A DNA stretch of 64,000 nt from an uncultured Candidatus Saccharibacteria bacterium (GTDB taxonomy: Bacteria; Patescibacteriota; CALEFQ01; G965231055). Position numbers and translations under genes: made by a program. Under the pieces are notes generated by a model. It saw only the letters and a program-made list of their open reading frames with translations, had not been told where the DNA came from and searched no databases. The stretch spans positions 665,875-729,874 of the forward strand of contig OZ246411.1 of the NCBI GenBank assembly GCA_965231055.1, read 5' to 3'. Positions 44,788-55,521 of the stretch are shown here, in pieces. Each line of letters opens with the position of its first letter. Within the stretch, counting starts at the first letter, position 1.

Positions 44788-45429
44788 TTATTCCTCGTCC
44801 ACAGAGTCATCCAAAATATCAAAATCATGGCTTACTTTTTTCTTTTCTGGTACTGCTCTGATTTTTTTAGTAAATCTGCCTACCTTTATCTTTTCTATGA
44901 ATTTAACCAAATCTTCGGCGGTAAGTCCTTCCCCACTTGCTTTTTGGATTTTTGCGCACACTTCAGAAATCTTTTCCTTAACTTCTTGAGGATTTGAAAC
45001 AGAAAACAAGATCAGGGGATCTTTGGATATTGTAGTAAAAATATTGACATGGCCGAAATTAAACAAAGTCGCGAGCATTCCCTCTACCTTGAAAGTGATA
45101 TCTATAATTTTATCATATGAAGTCTCTCTCACCTCTCTAGAAAAAAGTCCCTTCTGATGAATGCGTACAATTCTTTTATTGGTAATCAAGTATGAATCCA
45201 AATACCAAGTGAACCACTCGTATATCAATAATACTACGCCCACCACAATTAGTCCCACAAAAACTAGAGCGAGCCACTTATTGGCCAAAAGATATTTCAT
45301 CAGCAAAAAAGGTATCGCAATGATCAAGGCTGATTTGAGTAACGGCAAAAGAAAAGTGAGTGGGTGTTTGCGAAGAAACATCACCATATCTTCTCCGGGC
45401 TTTAGTGTGTGAGAAAAGTATTCAGACAT
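44788..45429 (-). CDS. Membrane protein with bacterial PH domain (bPH_2/YdbT-like)
   Basis: Two TM helices followed by YLITNKRIVRIHQKGLFSREVRETSYDKIIDI, characteristic of bPH_2 domains. Confidence 0.55.
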   Translation of the reverse strand: MSEYFSHTLKPGEDMVMFLRKHPLTFLLPLLKSALIIAIPFLLMKYLLANKWLALVFVGLIVVGVVLLIYEWFTWYLDSYLITNKRIVRIHQKGLFSREVRETSYDKIIDITFKVEGMLATLFNFGHVNIFTTISKDPLILFSVSNPQEVKEKISEVCAKIQKASGEGLTAEDLVKFIEKIKVGRFTKKIRAVPEKKKVSHDFDILDDSVDEE

Positions 45430-45581
45430 ATTAGTAAAATAATGGCGCGATTAATAATAAAACCATGCCAAAAACCACAGCGATAGTTAGAATCCACAAA
45501 ACAAATTTTTGACCTTTGTGTAGTGCCATATGAGTTATTATACAATATAATTTAGCTATTTTAAACCCTTTTTAGTGCAAA

Positions 45582-47360
45582 TTACTCTTCTTTCAAAACC
45601 TGCAGAAAAGTTTCTTGAGGAATATGGAGTTTTCCTGACTGCTTCATCCTCTTTTTTCCTTTTTTCTGTTTTTCCAAAAGCTTCATTTTTCGAGTCACAT
45701 CTCCACCATAAAGGTGCGCGATAACATCTTTTCTAAAAGATCCGATGTCTTCTCTCGCCACCACCCTGCCATCAACCAGTGCCTGAAGTGGGATTTTGAA
45801 CTGTTGCCGAGGAATCAGGTCTTTTAGTCTAGTTAGCAAAGTTTTGGCTTTTGCCACAGATCTGTCTCTATGTGTAATTTGGGAAAAGGCCTCGTAATTT
45901 TCACGATTTATCAAAACATCCAGTTTCACGAGATCTCCCTCTCTAAAATCTATCAACTCATAATTTAGTGAAGCGTAACCTTGGCTGACACTTTTTAATT
46001 TGTCATAAAATCCTATCACGAGTTCAGCCAAAGGAAGCTCAGCAGAAATTTCTATTTTGTCTCCGATATATTCCGTAGTTTTGTAAACACCTCGTTTTAT
46101 ATGAATAAGCTCCATCAATTCACCTATGTATTTTTGGGGACTGATTATTTCCACTTTGGTCCATGGCTCCAAAATAGCCAAAATTTCATCCTTAGGAGGT
46201 AAATCAGATGGTGAATGAATAACACTCTCCTCGCCCTTGGTTTTTATTTTGTAAGTAACTGTAGGCGAAGTCACTATGATATTTTGGTCATACTCTCTTT
46301 TTAGTCGTTCCTGAATTATTTCAAGGTGCAGTAATCCCAGACACCCCACTCTAAAACCAAATCCCAATGCTTTTGAGTTTTCCTGTTCAAATGAAAGCGC
46401 AGCATCGCTAAGCCTCAGTTTTTCTAGCGCTTCTTTGAGTGAAGGATAATCCTCCCCGCTTTCAGGATAAAATCCAGCAAACACCACAGGCAATGGCTCT
46501 TTGTATCCATCAAGAGGAATAATTTTCTGTTTTTCACTTTCACTAAGCAAAGCTACAGTATCACCCACTCGCACATCAGCAATCTCTTTGAGCCCCGTGG
46601 CTATGTATCCTACCTCATTTACCCCAAGTTTTTTTACAGCTTTTTGCTGTGGAGTAAAAATTCCCACCTCAACAACTTCAGAAACCTTGCCAGTTGCCAT
46701 CATCTTGATCGTATCACCGTTTTTAATCTCTCCATCCACCACTCTAATATACGCTTCCACTCCTTTATAGTTGCTAAATCTAGAATCAAAGATGAGCGCT
46801 CTCGTTGGAGATGCTTTGCCTTTTGGAGCGGGAACCTTTTCTATGATCGCTTTTATAAGCGCCACTACTCCCTCACCGGTTTTTCCTGAAACTCTATAAA
46901 CCTCTTCATCGCCTACTAGTTTTTTGATTTCTTTTTCTATCGCCTCTACATTTACATTGGGAAGGTCAATTTTGTTTATTACAGGAATAATAACAAGATT
47001 CTGGTCAATCGCCTGATAAAGATTTGAAAGAGTCTGCGCCTCTATACCTTGAGAAGCGTCAACCAAAAGCACAGCACCCTCGCATGCTGCTATAGACCTA
47101 GACACTTCATAAGTAAAATCCACATGCCCCGGAGTATCTATAAGATTGAGTTCATAATCAACTCCATCAAGTATGTAGTTCATCTTCACCGGCTGAAGCT
47201 TGATCGTAATTCCTTTTTCTCGTTCCAAATCCATCATATCAAGCAACTGCGCCTTCATCTTACGCTTAGATACTGCCCCCGTGGTTTCAATAAAACGATC
47301 CGCCAAGGTGGACTTGCCGTGATCTACGTGAGCTATTATGCAAAAATTTCTTATTTCCAT
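45582..47360 (-). CDS. lepA: Translation elongation factor 4 (LepA)
   Basis: IRNFCIIAHVDHGKSTLADR G1 motif, DTPGHVDF G3 motif, NKIDL G4 motif, and the LepA-specific C-terminal domain; 592 aa. Confidence 0.9.
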   Translation of the reverse strand: MEIRNFCIIAHVDHGKSTLADRFIETTGAVSKRKMKAQLLDMMDLEREKGITIKLQPVKMNYILDGVDYELNLIDTPGHVDFTYEVSRSIAACEGAVLLVDASQGIEAQTLSNLYQAIDQNLVIIPVINKIDLPNVNVEAIEKEIKKLVGDEEVYRVSGKTGEGVVALIKAIIEKVPAPKGKASPTRALIFDSRFSNYKGVEAYIRVVDGEIKNGDTIKMMATGKVSEVVEVGIFTPQQKAVKKLGVNEVGYIATGLKEIADVRVGDTVALLSESEKQKIIPLDGYKEPLPVVFAGFYPESGEDYPSLKEALEKLRLSDAALSFEQENSKALGFGFRVGCLGLLHLEIIQERLKREYDQNIIVTSPTVTYKIKTKGEESVIHSPSDLPPKDEILAILEPWTKVEIISPQKYIGELMELIHIKRGVYKTTEYIGDKIEISAELPLAELVIGFYDKLKSVSQGYASLNYELIDFREGDLVKLDVLINRENYEAFSQITHRDRSVAKAKTLLTRLKDLIPRQQFKIPLQALVDGRVVAREDIGSFRKDVIAHLYGGDVTRKMKLLEKQKKGKKRMKQSGKLHIPQETFLQVLKEE

Positions 47361-47414
47361 TTGATACTAAATTCAAACACCTATACTAATCTATTTGGTG
47401 CTTTTTTACAATCG

Positions 47415-48368
47415 CTAATCAAACTTACCTATAAACTGAATTTCTTTTTCAAGCTCCACCCCTAGCCTTTCTTTTACTTCTTTTTGGATCTTGGTGATAA
47501 GGGTAAAAATATCCTTTGCCGTGGCATCACCGTGATTTACTATGATATTGGCGTGTTCATCTGAAACTTTGGCTCCGCCTACTTCATATCCTTTTAACCC
47601 CAATGACTCAATAATAAACCCTGCGGGAAGTTTGCCTTTTGATTTTTCTATCACTTCATCGGTTTTGGGAGAAAGCTCGCGTAGCTTTCTTAGAACCTCT
47701 TCGCTATATTCTAAAGTTTCCAAGTTTTTGAAATCGCATCCACAGCTAGGAAGCTTGGGTAGTGAATTTTTACGCTTCGCCAAAATCTCATCACATCCTT
47801 TTTTGATCTCTTCTTCACTTCCCTTTTCCATATTTAAGCCAACTGAAACTATAAAATAGCCACCTTTTTTCTTAAACACACTTGCTCTATACGAAAACTC
47901 GCATTCCTCTTTGGTAAAAGTCTTTTCACTCCCATCCTTGAGACTTATCGCCACCACCTCACTCACAAAATCCCTAGTCGCCACCCCATACGCCCCAGCG
48001 TTTCCTGAAATAGCCCCTCCAAGAGTCCCCGGAATCCAGCCAAGTTTATAAAATTTATCAAAACAATTAGTAGTAGAAAAATCCACCACATCATTTAGTA
48101 TTTCTCCAGAAAAAGCCATCACCCGATCGCCACCCTCCTTGATCCCGCTAATTTTATTTATCATCACCATCCCATCAAACCCCGTATCACTAATCAGCAC
48201 ATTTGAACCCTTCCCGAGCACCAAAATAGGCAAATGCTTTTCATTGGCAAACTTGATAGCCTCTATGGCATCTTCCTTTGAATGAATTTTAGCAAAATAC
48301 TTCGCATTTCCACCTACTTTGAAGGTACTAAATTCTTTTAAGCTTATGTTTTGATCAATTTTTAGCAT
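47415..48368 (-). CDS. murB: UDP-N-acetylenolpyruvoylglucosamine reductase
   Basis: N-terminal FAD-binding domain (LKEFSTFKVGGNAKYF...ILVLGKGSNVLISD) and C-terminal MurB domain (ESLGLKGYEVGGAKVSDEHANIIVN). Confidence 0.8.
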   Translation of the reverse strand: MLKIDQNISLKEFSTFKVGGNAKYFAKIHSKEDAIEAIKFANEKHLPILVLGKGSNVLISDTGFDGMVMINKISGIKEGGDRVMAFSGEILNDVVDFSTTNCFDKFYKLGWIPGTLGGAISGNAGAYGVATRDFVSEVVAISLKDGSEKTFTKEECEFSYRASVFKKKGGYFIVSVGLNMEKGSEEEIKKGCDEILAKRKNSLPKLPSCGCDFKNLETLEYSEEVLRKLRELSPKTDEVIEKSKGKLPAGFIIESLGLKGYEVGGAKVSDEHANIIVNHGDATAKDIFTLITKIQKEVKERLGVELEKEIQFIGKFD

Positions 48369-48428
48369 AAAGTTTTGTTTATCAATAAAACAAATCTTGA
48401 ATTAAAAAGTTTTAAATCAAGAAGTGAT

Positions 48429-51134
48429 TTATTTATTCTCGATTATTTTTTTATTAAAAACTTCTTCAAATTTTTCAAACAAAGCGCTATTTATACGTCC
48501 TTCATTGAAAAATGGCAAGCCTATTAATTTGAATTGTTTGTTTTGAATTTTTAGATTTACTATGTGTTTTTTTTCAATATTTAATAGTAGTTTTTGCTTC
48601 CACCCCTCTTTTGACTTTTCAAAAGTCTTTTTATCATCCATAAACTGATCACCTTTCGGCTCAATGAATATCTGATATATATTTTCCTTTTTACTCTTTT
48701 TACTAGTTAAGAACATAACAAAATCGGGATAAAAAGGTTCTCCGTTTTCAAAACTATAAATTTTAAAATGGTGCTCATTTCTTATAAGCGCAACATTGTC
48801 GTATTTATTACTGAGTTTTTCCATTGATTTCTCCAAAAAACGCATCAACGCTTCTTCCTCGCTAGTTCCCCAGATTTCATTTTGGGCAAACCAGCTTTTA
48901 TCTGAAAAATTAAAATCGTGCATTTCTTTGGCGCGAGGGCTATCCTGATCTAATTGAAGAATTTTGGCGTTTTCAAACACTTTATTGATCAAAAATGCCT
49001 TGAATTCTGTTGTTCCGTAAAATTCTCTCTTTTCTTTTCCTAAACTATCCAGTATCTTATCAACAACAAATTTTGTTATGTTGAGTTTATTTATCTGGGT
49101 AAGATTTTGTAATGACTCTGCGGTTGCTTTTACATTTACAGAAACACCACCTAAATATTTTTTACTGGTAATAAATTCATCAATGGATTTAAGATTGGGA
49201 AGATGTTTTATGAGCGTGTTAAACCTACCCGATGGATTATGAGATAAAGCACTTCGTATTATATTGCAATCAAAGTCAGTTAAGCTAAATTCTTTTATTT
49301 GAACTTTGGTGTTTTGACCTACGCCAGTTTTTTTATTGAAAATTTCTGATTCCAAGGATTCATAAGTCGGCAATGTGTAAATATTGGCTTCCATGTCTTT
49401 ATTAAATTGCACGCCTATATCTTTTAACCCGAAAACGTTATCTCCCGTGTTGACGTGGCGAGAATTGAGAAATATATAACCTTTTTTCCACAAACCTGTT
49501 TTTTTGAAATCCTCTTTGATTTCTAATTTTCTTTGCACTGTGTGAGATGGAATTATACCTTCTTTAACCAAAGCACCCTCTAATTCCTGTATGTATCTTG
49601 AATTAGTTACGCTGTGATAATAAAGTTGTTCGAGTATTCTAAGTTCGTTAGAAATATCATCGTTAAATTTTCGCCTATATTTGTCGGCAAAATTCTTTAT
49701 AGTAAATGGGTAATACCTAGCGCCTCTCCCAATAAGTTGGGCCTCCTGCACAGTTGTCTTACCGGGTCTGTTGTTTTTTGCATCTCTACTGTTGTAAAGT
49801 CGCACAATATCAAAAAGATTTAAAACATCCCAACCTTCATTTAGTTTTTCTGTAGCAAATATTGCACGTATTTGATTATTGGAATCTTCCAATGAGTTTA
49901 ACAGTATTTGTTTTTGCTCTAAGTCTTTATCATCATCAACAGTAAGGCACTTATCCGGAGCAAAATCATTTTTTATCTCTCCAACCAAATTAGCCAACGT
50001 AATTTTATTTTGCTTGAAGAAAGAAAGAGCTTTTTTTACAACATTTGATTCACCGGATTCTGCCAACAGTTCCATCCTTAAAATATCTTTTACTTCTAGC
50101 GCAGTAATGAATTTATGAAAATTTTCTTTGAATTGACTAGATACCACTATTTGAGGATCAAAAGTGTTGTTATCCTGTTTCCGTGGACTTGTGACTCGAT
50201 TAGCCTTAAATAGCACTACTGGTTTGAGTGAGATTTTATTCTTCTCAGCTACTTTTAACCTATATTGAGATATTAAAATAGCTACAAGCACCCTATCCAT
50301 TAAAGGGGCATCTACTTGTTTTGTTGAAACTTCCTTTGAAAAACCATCAAGTCTGTATTGCTTTAAATCATAACGATAAATCGCCTTGTCTTTATATTTT
50401 TCCAAAATTTCGGGGTATTCTTGTTCAAGTCTTGCCGTAGCTGTAAACTCTAAAAGCACATTATCTTTTTGATCATTAGCGTTTAAAATTCGCATCACTG
50501 TTTTTTCCCAATTCTGTCTATCTTCAGCTTCAGCCTTACTGAGTTTACCATTAGTTTCTGCGGATAGATTGTGCGCCTCATCTGCTATTAAGACTATTTT
50601 TTTATCTTCGATACCTTCATAAGTGAGTGCGTTTTCTCCTGCAAAATTAAAGCGAGAATGCAAAAGAGCTGTTGTGGAAAAAATAATGTTTATATCGTCT
50701 TCATTTACCCCTTCAAAATTATCAACTTTTTTGATTTTTATTTCCTGTCCGCTAAACATGATTTTGTCGGCAAACAAATATTTTTTAGAACTTGGATCAA
50801 GAAAATTGGCTTTGGTTTTTTGGATAATGTTGCCAAGACGAGTAAAGAAAATGAAATTGCGATAACCTTTTTGGTAAAAATACAAAATATTAGCCGCCAT
50901 GATGAGCGTCTTGCCAGAGCCGGTCGCCATATTGAACATCAGATGAATAGGCTTTTGTTTTTGGTGATATTCTTCACAATAATAATAAAACCTCCCCAAT
51001 GCTTCTTTTTGATATTCACGCACAGAAAAATCTGGATTGAGATTCTTTAAAACATCGGCTTTTTCAGTCGCTTTGTTTTTAAAAACATCAGCACCGGCAA
51101 AGTTTTTGTATGAATTGAATTCATCGTAAAGCAT
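48429..51134 (-). CDS. res: Type III restriction enzyme, Res subunit (SF2 helicase-like + endonuclease)
   Basis: Helicase motif I MATGSGKTLIMA, motif II LIADEAHNL, and motif VI QLIGRGARY, with a C-terminal nuclease region. Start set at the internal Met (MLYDEF); the ORF is open from 51188. Confidence 0.8.
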   Translation of the reverse strand: MLYDEFNSYKNFAGADVFKNKATEKADVLKNLNPDFSVREYQKEALGRFYYYCEEYHQKQKPIHLMFNMATGSGKTLIMAANILYFYQKGYRNFIFFTRLGNIIQKTKANFLDPSSKKYLFADKIMFSGQEIKIKKVDNFEGVNEDDINIIFSTTALLHSRFNFAGENALTYEGIEDKKIVLIADEAHNLSAETNGKLSKAEAEDRQNWEKTVMRILNANDQKDNVLLEFTATARLEQEYPEILEKYKDKAIYRYDLKQYRLDGFSKEVSTKQVDAPLMDRVLVAILISQYRLKVAEKNKISLKPVVLFKANRVTSPRKQDNNTFDPQIVVSSQFKENFHKFITALEVKDILRMELLAESGESNVVKKALSFFKQNKITLANLVGEIKNDFAPDKCLTVDDDKDLEQKQILLNSLEDSNNQIRAIFATEKLNEGWDVLNLFDIVRLYNSRDAKNNRPGKTTVQEAQLIGRGARYYPFTIKNFADKYRRKFNDDISNELRILEQLYYHSVTNSRYIQELEGALVKEGIIPSHTVQRKLEIKEDFKKTGLWKKGYIFLNSRHVNTGDNVFGLKDIGVQFNKDMEANIYTLPTYESLESEIFNKKTGVGQNTKVQIKEFSLTDFDCNIIRSALSHNPSGRFNTLIKHLPNLKSIDEFITSKKYLGGVSVNVKATAESLQNLTQINKLNITKFVVDKILDSLGKEKREFYGTTEFKAFLINKVFENAKILQLDQDSPRAKEMHDFNFSDKSWFAQNEIWGTSEEEALMRFLEKSMEKLSNKYDNVALIRNEHHFKIYSFENGEPFYPDFVMFLTSKKSKKENIYQIFIEPKGDQFMDDKKTFEKSKEGWKQKLLLNIEKKHIVNLKIQNKQFKLIGLPFFNEGRINSALFEKFEEVFNKKIIENK

Positions 51135-51188
51135 AATATTTTTTACTCGCTTATGCAAAAACCATCTTATTATTATCCATAGTGGCAA

Positions 51189-51908
51189 CTACAATGCCCT
51201 CTTATCACGATCTGCATGATTAATACTAATATTTTTAAGCACTTTTGAAATAATGCCCGAAATTTTTGTTACAATTCCATCCTGCATTGTAAAGCAAAAC
51301 GTGGCAACAATTACCGCAAGTACAATAAAGATGTTGGCTTTAGGAAAAAAAACTGCAATAAACAATAAAATAACTCCGGTGGCAAATAAAAAAATTACAA
51401 CTTCGCCAAAAAAGTCCATGACTACAATCTTTTTGTTTTGCTCCAACATACGATCACGATCGTAATCGAGTTTTAACTTTTTATATAGCGGTAATTCTTG
51501 AGATTCTTTTATGTAAGATTGTTCGATCCCCTCAGTAAAAGGTTTTTCAAGATATTTTACAATGAGATCCATTTTTTCTTGCGAGATTTCTCGATATTTT
51601 TGTGCTAACTTTTCTAGCCCCATCTTATCGCTATCCAACACCTCTTTTAACCATATTAAAATTAAAAATACAGTTAAAAATAGTATTATTAAACCCAGTT
51701 TAAAATAAGTAGCATTATAGGTGTTTTCTATAAAGAAGCTTAAGCCTGCAAAACCCAGAATAATAATTGTTATATGCTGATAAAAGGATCGCCTTTGATT
51801 AATATTGGAAATAATCTGATTCAAAAAATCACGACCACTCTGAGAATGCACAGAATTCATCGTTTCATATTCTTTTTTTAGGAAATCTTTGAATTCTAAA
51901 CTATTCAT
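51189..51908 (-). CDS. Hypothetical polytopic membrane protein encoded between mod and res
   Basis: 239 aa with 2 TM + charged coiled-coil-like segment + 2-3 TM. Its start overlaps the mod stop and its stop abuts the res start, so it is translationally coupled inside the R-M operon. Confidence 0.4.
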   Translation of the reverse strand: MNSLEFKDFLKKEYETMNSVHSQSGRDFLNQIISNINQRRSFYQHITIIILGFAGLSFFIENTYNATYFKLGLIILFLTVFLILIWLKEVLDSDKMGLEKLAQKYREISQEKMDLIVKYLEKPFTEGIEQSYIKESQELPLYKKLKLDYDRDRMLEQNKKIVVMDFFGEVVIFLFATGVILLFIAVFFPKANIFIVLAVIVATFCFTMQDGIVTKISGIISKVLKNISINHADRDKRAL

Positions 51909-53781
51909 TATAAAATTTATTGTTTAACTTATTATCTTCTTTATTCACTCCGTATTCTTTATCATCAATCTCACTCAAATTTACATAAAGCTGATTTTTA
52001 TCTAAACACTCGATTAAAAACTTCTTTTGATTGGCAACAGATAACTCTGTAAAATCTTTTGCACTAGCGTCAATAGTTTTCGGATCTACTTTATAGCTCA
52101 AGAATGCTATTTCTTTCATCTCACCCCAAAGTTTGACAAGTTCTTTGCTTGTTTTGGCATCTCTAATTTCTCTAATCCATTTTTCATTCCATTCCGCCAG
52201 CTCCATATAAACAAAATCGCCACCGCCTTGCCAGTTTACCGCTTTAGAAATTCCGCCCTGTTCACCGGCAATAACTTTTTTCAATCTCGCTTCCGGCAAT
52301 TCATGGATATAATCCATCTGTTCAATGCCAATGTATTGTCGTCCGGTTTTATGTGCTACCGCCAAAGTTGTGCCACTTCCAGCAAAAAAATCTAAAACTA
52401 AATCATTTCCAACACTTCCTATTTGTAAAATTCTCTGTAATAATTTTTCAGGCTTTGGTGTGTCAAAAATATTTTTTCCTAATAATTTTTTTAGCTCTTC
52501 CTTTGCAGCTTGAGTAGATCCAGAATCTTCATTTGAAAAGATTGTATTGGGTACTATTCCTTGCTGCACCTCGCTCAAAAATATTTTTCTTCTAGGAACA
52601 TTTTTGTCATCTTTGCCAAACCATAATCTATTATCATAGTAGTACTCTAAAAGTTTTTCTTTTGAGTATGCTGGATATCTACCATCTGATGGCGCCCATT
52701 TAACTTTATTTGGGAAAATTATCTCATAATTATTTTTTTCTGAACCACTTTTTGCATCCATTTTTACAGAAACCCATGGGCCCCTTGGATCATTATCTGG
52801 ATTTTTGTAAGTTTTATTTAATTCGTCTGAGCGCTCAAGCAAATTGGGTCGCCAAACTTCTTTATTTCTTGCAAAAACTAAAACGTGATCATGATTTTGA
52901 TTAAAATATTTTGCATCATTTTGCACAACATTTTTCTTGTGCCAGATTATATTTGCTACAAAATTTTCTCTTCCCAAAATATCGTCGCAAAGCACTTTCA
53001 AATAGTGCGATTCGTTATCATCAATATTTATCCAAATACTTCCATCCTCACTCAATAATTGCTTTGCTATTTCCAGTCTATTTTTTATAAAAACCAGCCA
53101 AGAAGAATGATTAAAGCTGTCATTATAACCAAAAGAATCATTTCCAGTATTATACGGCGGGTCAATGTAAATCAATTTCACTTTTCCGGCAAATTCTTTT
53201 TTGAGCGAGGCGAGTGCGAGCAGGTTATTGCCTTTGATAATCAAATTGTCTTTAATTACGCCTTTTTCATCGCGCTTGAAGCCGTCCAGTTTGTGTTCAC
53301 CCTTTTTGTCTATCCGTTTGAAATTGGTAAACACCTTAGCGTCCAGCAAGCGATTGATGTCGTCCGGAGCCAGTGTTTCATTATAAAAAATCTCATCTCT
53401 TTTTTGGTCTTCTTTTGTCATTCCGCCTTCCAAAACACAATCCTTATAGGGCCACGCCAAAACCACTTCCTTGTTTTCGCTCACATATTTATCGCCTGCA
53501 GTTAAACCGATTTTATTTTTGAAAGCAGTATAAGAATCAGGCAAAAATTGTTTGTTGGATATAAAACGGATAAATTTTTCTTTATCAAAAATCAGCGTTT
53601 TTCCCACCTCAAAAAAGAAGTGTTGTTTTGTTGCCTTGTCGGAGAGTAAAAGTTTTATAAGCTCAGGATCATTTTTGCGTGCTAATTCCTGCGCTTGATT
53701 TTTCAATAACGCGCCATCTTGTGAAACAAGACGTTCATCTTTTTTTAATAAATCCACTATTTGTTCAAAAATATTTTTCAT
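51901..53781 (-). CDS. mod: Type III R-M N6-adenine DNA methyltransferase, Mod subunit (beta-class)
   Basis: Motif IV IYIDPPYNTG precedes motif I VLDFFAGSGTTLAVA. 626 aa with a central target-recognition region. Confidence 0.8.
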   Translation of the reverse strand: MKNIFEQIVDLLKKDERLVSQDGALLKNQAQELARKNDPELIKLLLSDKATKQHFFFEVGKTLIFDKEKFIRFISNKQFLPDSYTAFKNKIGLTAGDKYVSENKEVVLAWPYKDCVLEGGMTKEDQKRDEIFYNETLAPDDINRLLDAKVFTNFKRIDKKGEHKLDGFKRDEKGVIKDNLIIKGNNLLALASLKKEFAGKVKLIYIDPPYNTGNDSFGYNDSFNHSSWLVFIKNRLEIAKQLLSEDGSIWINIDDNESHYLKVLCDDILGRENFVANIIWHKKNVVQNDAKYFNQNHDHVLVFARNKEVWRPNLLERSDELNKTYKNPDNDPRGPWVSVKMDAKSGSEKNNYEIIFPNKVKWAPSDGRYPAYSKEKLLEYYYDNRLWFGKDDKNVPRRKIFLSEVQQGIVPNTIFSNEDSGSTQAAKEELKKLLGKNIFDTPKPEKLLQRILQIGSVGNDLVLDFFAGSGTTLAVAHKTGRQYIGIEQMDYIHELPEARLKKVIAGEQGGISKAVNWQGGGDFVYMELAEWNEKWIREIRDAKTSKELVKLWGEMKEIAFLSYKVDPKTIDASAKDFTELSVANQKKFLIECLDKNQLYVNLSEIDDKEYGVNKEDNKLNNKFYNE

Positions 53782-53860
53782 GGTTTTTACGTTTATGAAT
53801 GACTTTATACTATTGTATTCTATTTTTCATTATAAATGAAATGCCTTGAAAAAAATTAGC

Positions 53861-55516
53861 TTAAACCTTATCCTGCCCCTGGTTCCTTACCACAAAAGGC
53901 AAAAAGCCGAAGATCTTGAGGGTTTTGCGCCAGAAGCCCTTTACTATATCTATCTCCTCAAGCTTCATCACAAAGGACACTAGCACAAACACAGCAAGTC
54001 CTCCAATAGATGCGAGCAGGGTCTGGACGAATACTCCCCAGAACCTATGCATATCCACAAAATTGGCGATCAAGATTTTTAGCCCTGGGAAAATAGAAAT
54101 AACTACATCTCCCCTGTTTAGACTGAGTCCCTGAACCACCAAAATCATAACGATAGATGCCAAAACCATCTTTACTACGGATGAGATGATACGTCTGTCG
54201 TCTAGGTGTCCCATGCGCAAATGCAAGACGAAAATCAGCAACAGCATATTTACAAAACTGGCGATAGAAAACGCGAGGGCTAGTCCCGCTACTCCCATTA
54301 TTTTGGCTAGATAAATATTTAGCACTATGTTTACACCGACACTTATAAGACTAATGATCACGGGAGTTTTGGTGTCCTTTAGCGCATAAAAAGCTTTGGC
54401 GACTACGGGAATTATGGACTGGGCAAAAAGACTGATGGTAAAAAATCCTAGAGCCGAGGCAGTGAGCACCGTGTCTTCCCAGTCAAAATTTCCAGTACCA
54501 AGAATGAGCCGGACTACTTGAGCGCGAAGTAATATCAAAATGATGCTAAGTGGTATTACGAAAAACATAATCTGTCTGATGGTTTTTGAGAGAGTTTTGA
54601 TGAAATCTTTGTTGTCATTTTTGGCTGCGAGACTAGAGAGCATCGGGAAAACTGCCGTCGCCATAGATACTCCTACTGCGCCATAAAGCACACTCTGAAG
54701 ATTGTTGGCAAGTGAATACACGGCAATACTTCCAAGTGCAATGGTACTTGCTACTGAGTTACTGATAAACAAATTTATCTGATACCCAGCAAGGCCTAGA
54801 ACTCTGGGCCCCATGAGTTTCAATATTTTTTTCACTCCACTATCTAGACGAAATCTAAATTCAAATTTATATCCCACTTTAATGAGCGCTGGAATTTGTA
54901 CGATAAAATGTAAAAAAGCTCCTGCAACTACTCCATAAGCTACGCCATAAATTCCAAACTTGGGAACTAGAAAAATAATTCCCAAAATAATTCCTAGATT
55001 ATAGACAACGGGAGTTAGTGAGTATGACAAAAATCTATTAAACGAATTTAGTACCCCGCTTGCTATATTACTTAGACATAAAAACACAGGGCTAAGTAGC
55101 ATGATGCGAGAAAGCGAAACTACCAATGCCTTGCCCTCGGCATCAAATCCGGGAACTACAAGATTCGTGAACAATGGCATCAGGAAATACATCACTCCAC
55201 ATACGATCAAAACCCCCACAAACAAAATATTCATCAAGGAATTGGTGATGCCAAATGCTTCTTTGCTTTTCTTTTTTTCTAGATACTCTGTAAAAACTGG
55301 AATAAATGCAGAGGAAATCGCACCTACTACTATGATATTGAAAACGATATCGGGTATTCTAAATGCGGCAAAATAAGCAGAGAGGTCTAGCCCCGCTCCA
55401 AAAGACGAAGTAAGGAGTCTATCTCTATACAAACCAAGTATCCTACTCACTATAGAAAAAACCGCTACTAGTACAGCGGCCGACATTATAGAAATTTTGC
55501 CTCTAGGTGATTTCAT
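53861..55516 (-). CDS. murJ: Lipid II flippase MurJ (MviN)
   Basis: 14-TM MOP-superfamily protein with the N-terminal VSRILGLYRDRLLTSSFGAG...AFRIPD motifs of MurJ. Confidence 0.8.
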   Translation of the reverse strand: MKSPRGKISIMSAAVLVAVFSIVSRILGLYRDRLLTSSFGAGLDLSAYFAAFRIPDIVFNIIVVGAISSAFIPVFTEYLEKKKSKEAFGITNSLMNILFVGVLIVCGVMYFLMPLFTNLVVPGFDAEGKALVVSLSRIMLLSPVFLCLSNIASGVLNSFNRFLSYSLTPVVYNLGIILGIIFLVPKFGIYGVAYGVVAGAFLHFIVQIPALIKVGYKFEFRFRLDSGVKKILKLMGPRVLGLAGYQINLFISNSVASTIALGSIAVYSLANNLQSVLYGAVGVSMATAVFPMLSSLAAKNDNKDFIKTLSKTIRQIMFFVIPLSIILILLRAQVVRLILGTGNFDWEDTVLTASALGFFTISLFAQSIIPVVAKAFYALKDTKTPVIISLISVGVNIVLNIYLAKIMGVAGLALAFSIASFVNMLLLIFVLHLRMGHLDDRRIISSVVKMVLASIVMILVVQGLSLNRGDVVISIFPGLKILIANFVDMHRFWGVFVQTLLASIGGLAVFVLVSFVMKLEEIDIVKGFWRKTLKIFGFLPFVVRNQGQDKV

Positions 55517-55521
55517 GATAA

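Noticed and set aside
51135-51188. N-terminal 18 codons of the res ORF (MPLWIIIRWFLHKRVKNI)
   Set aside because: They overlap the preceding gene's 3' end. The helicase-family N-terminus aligns better starting from MLYDEF. The call is uncertain, so both coordinates are given.
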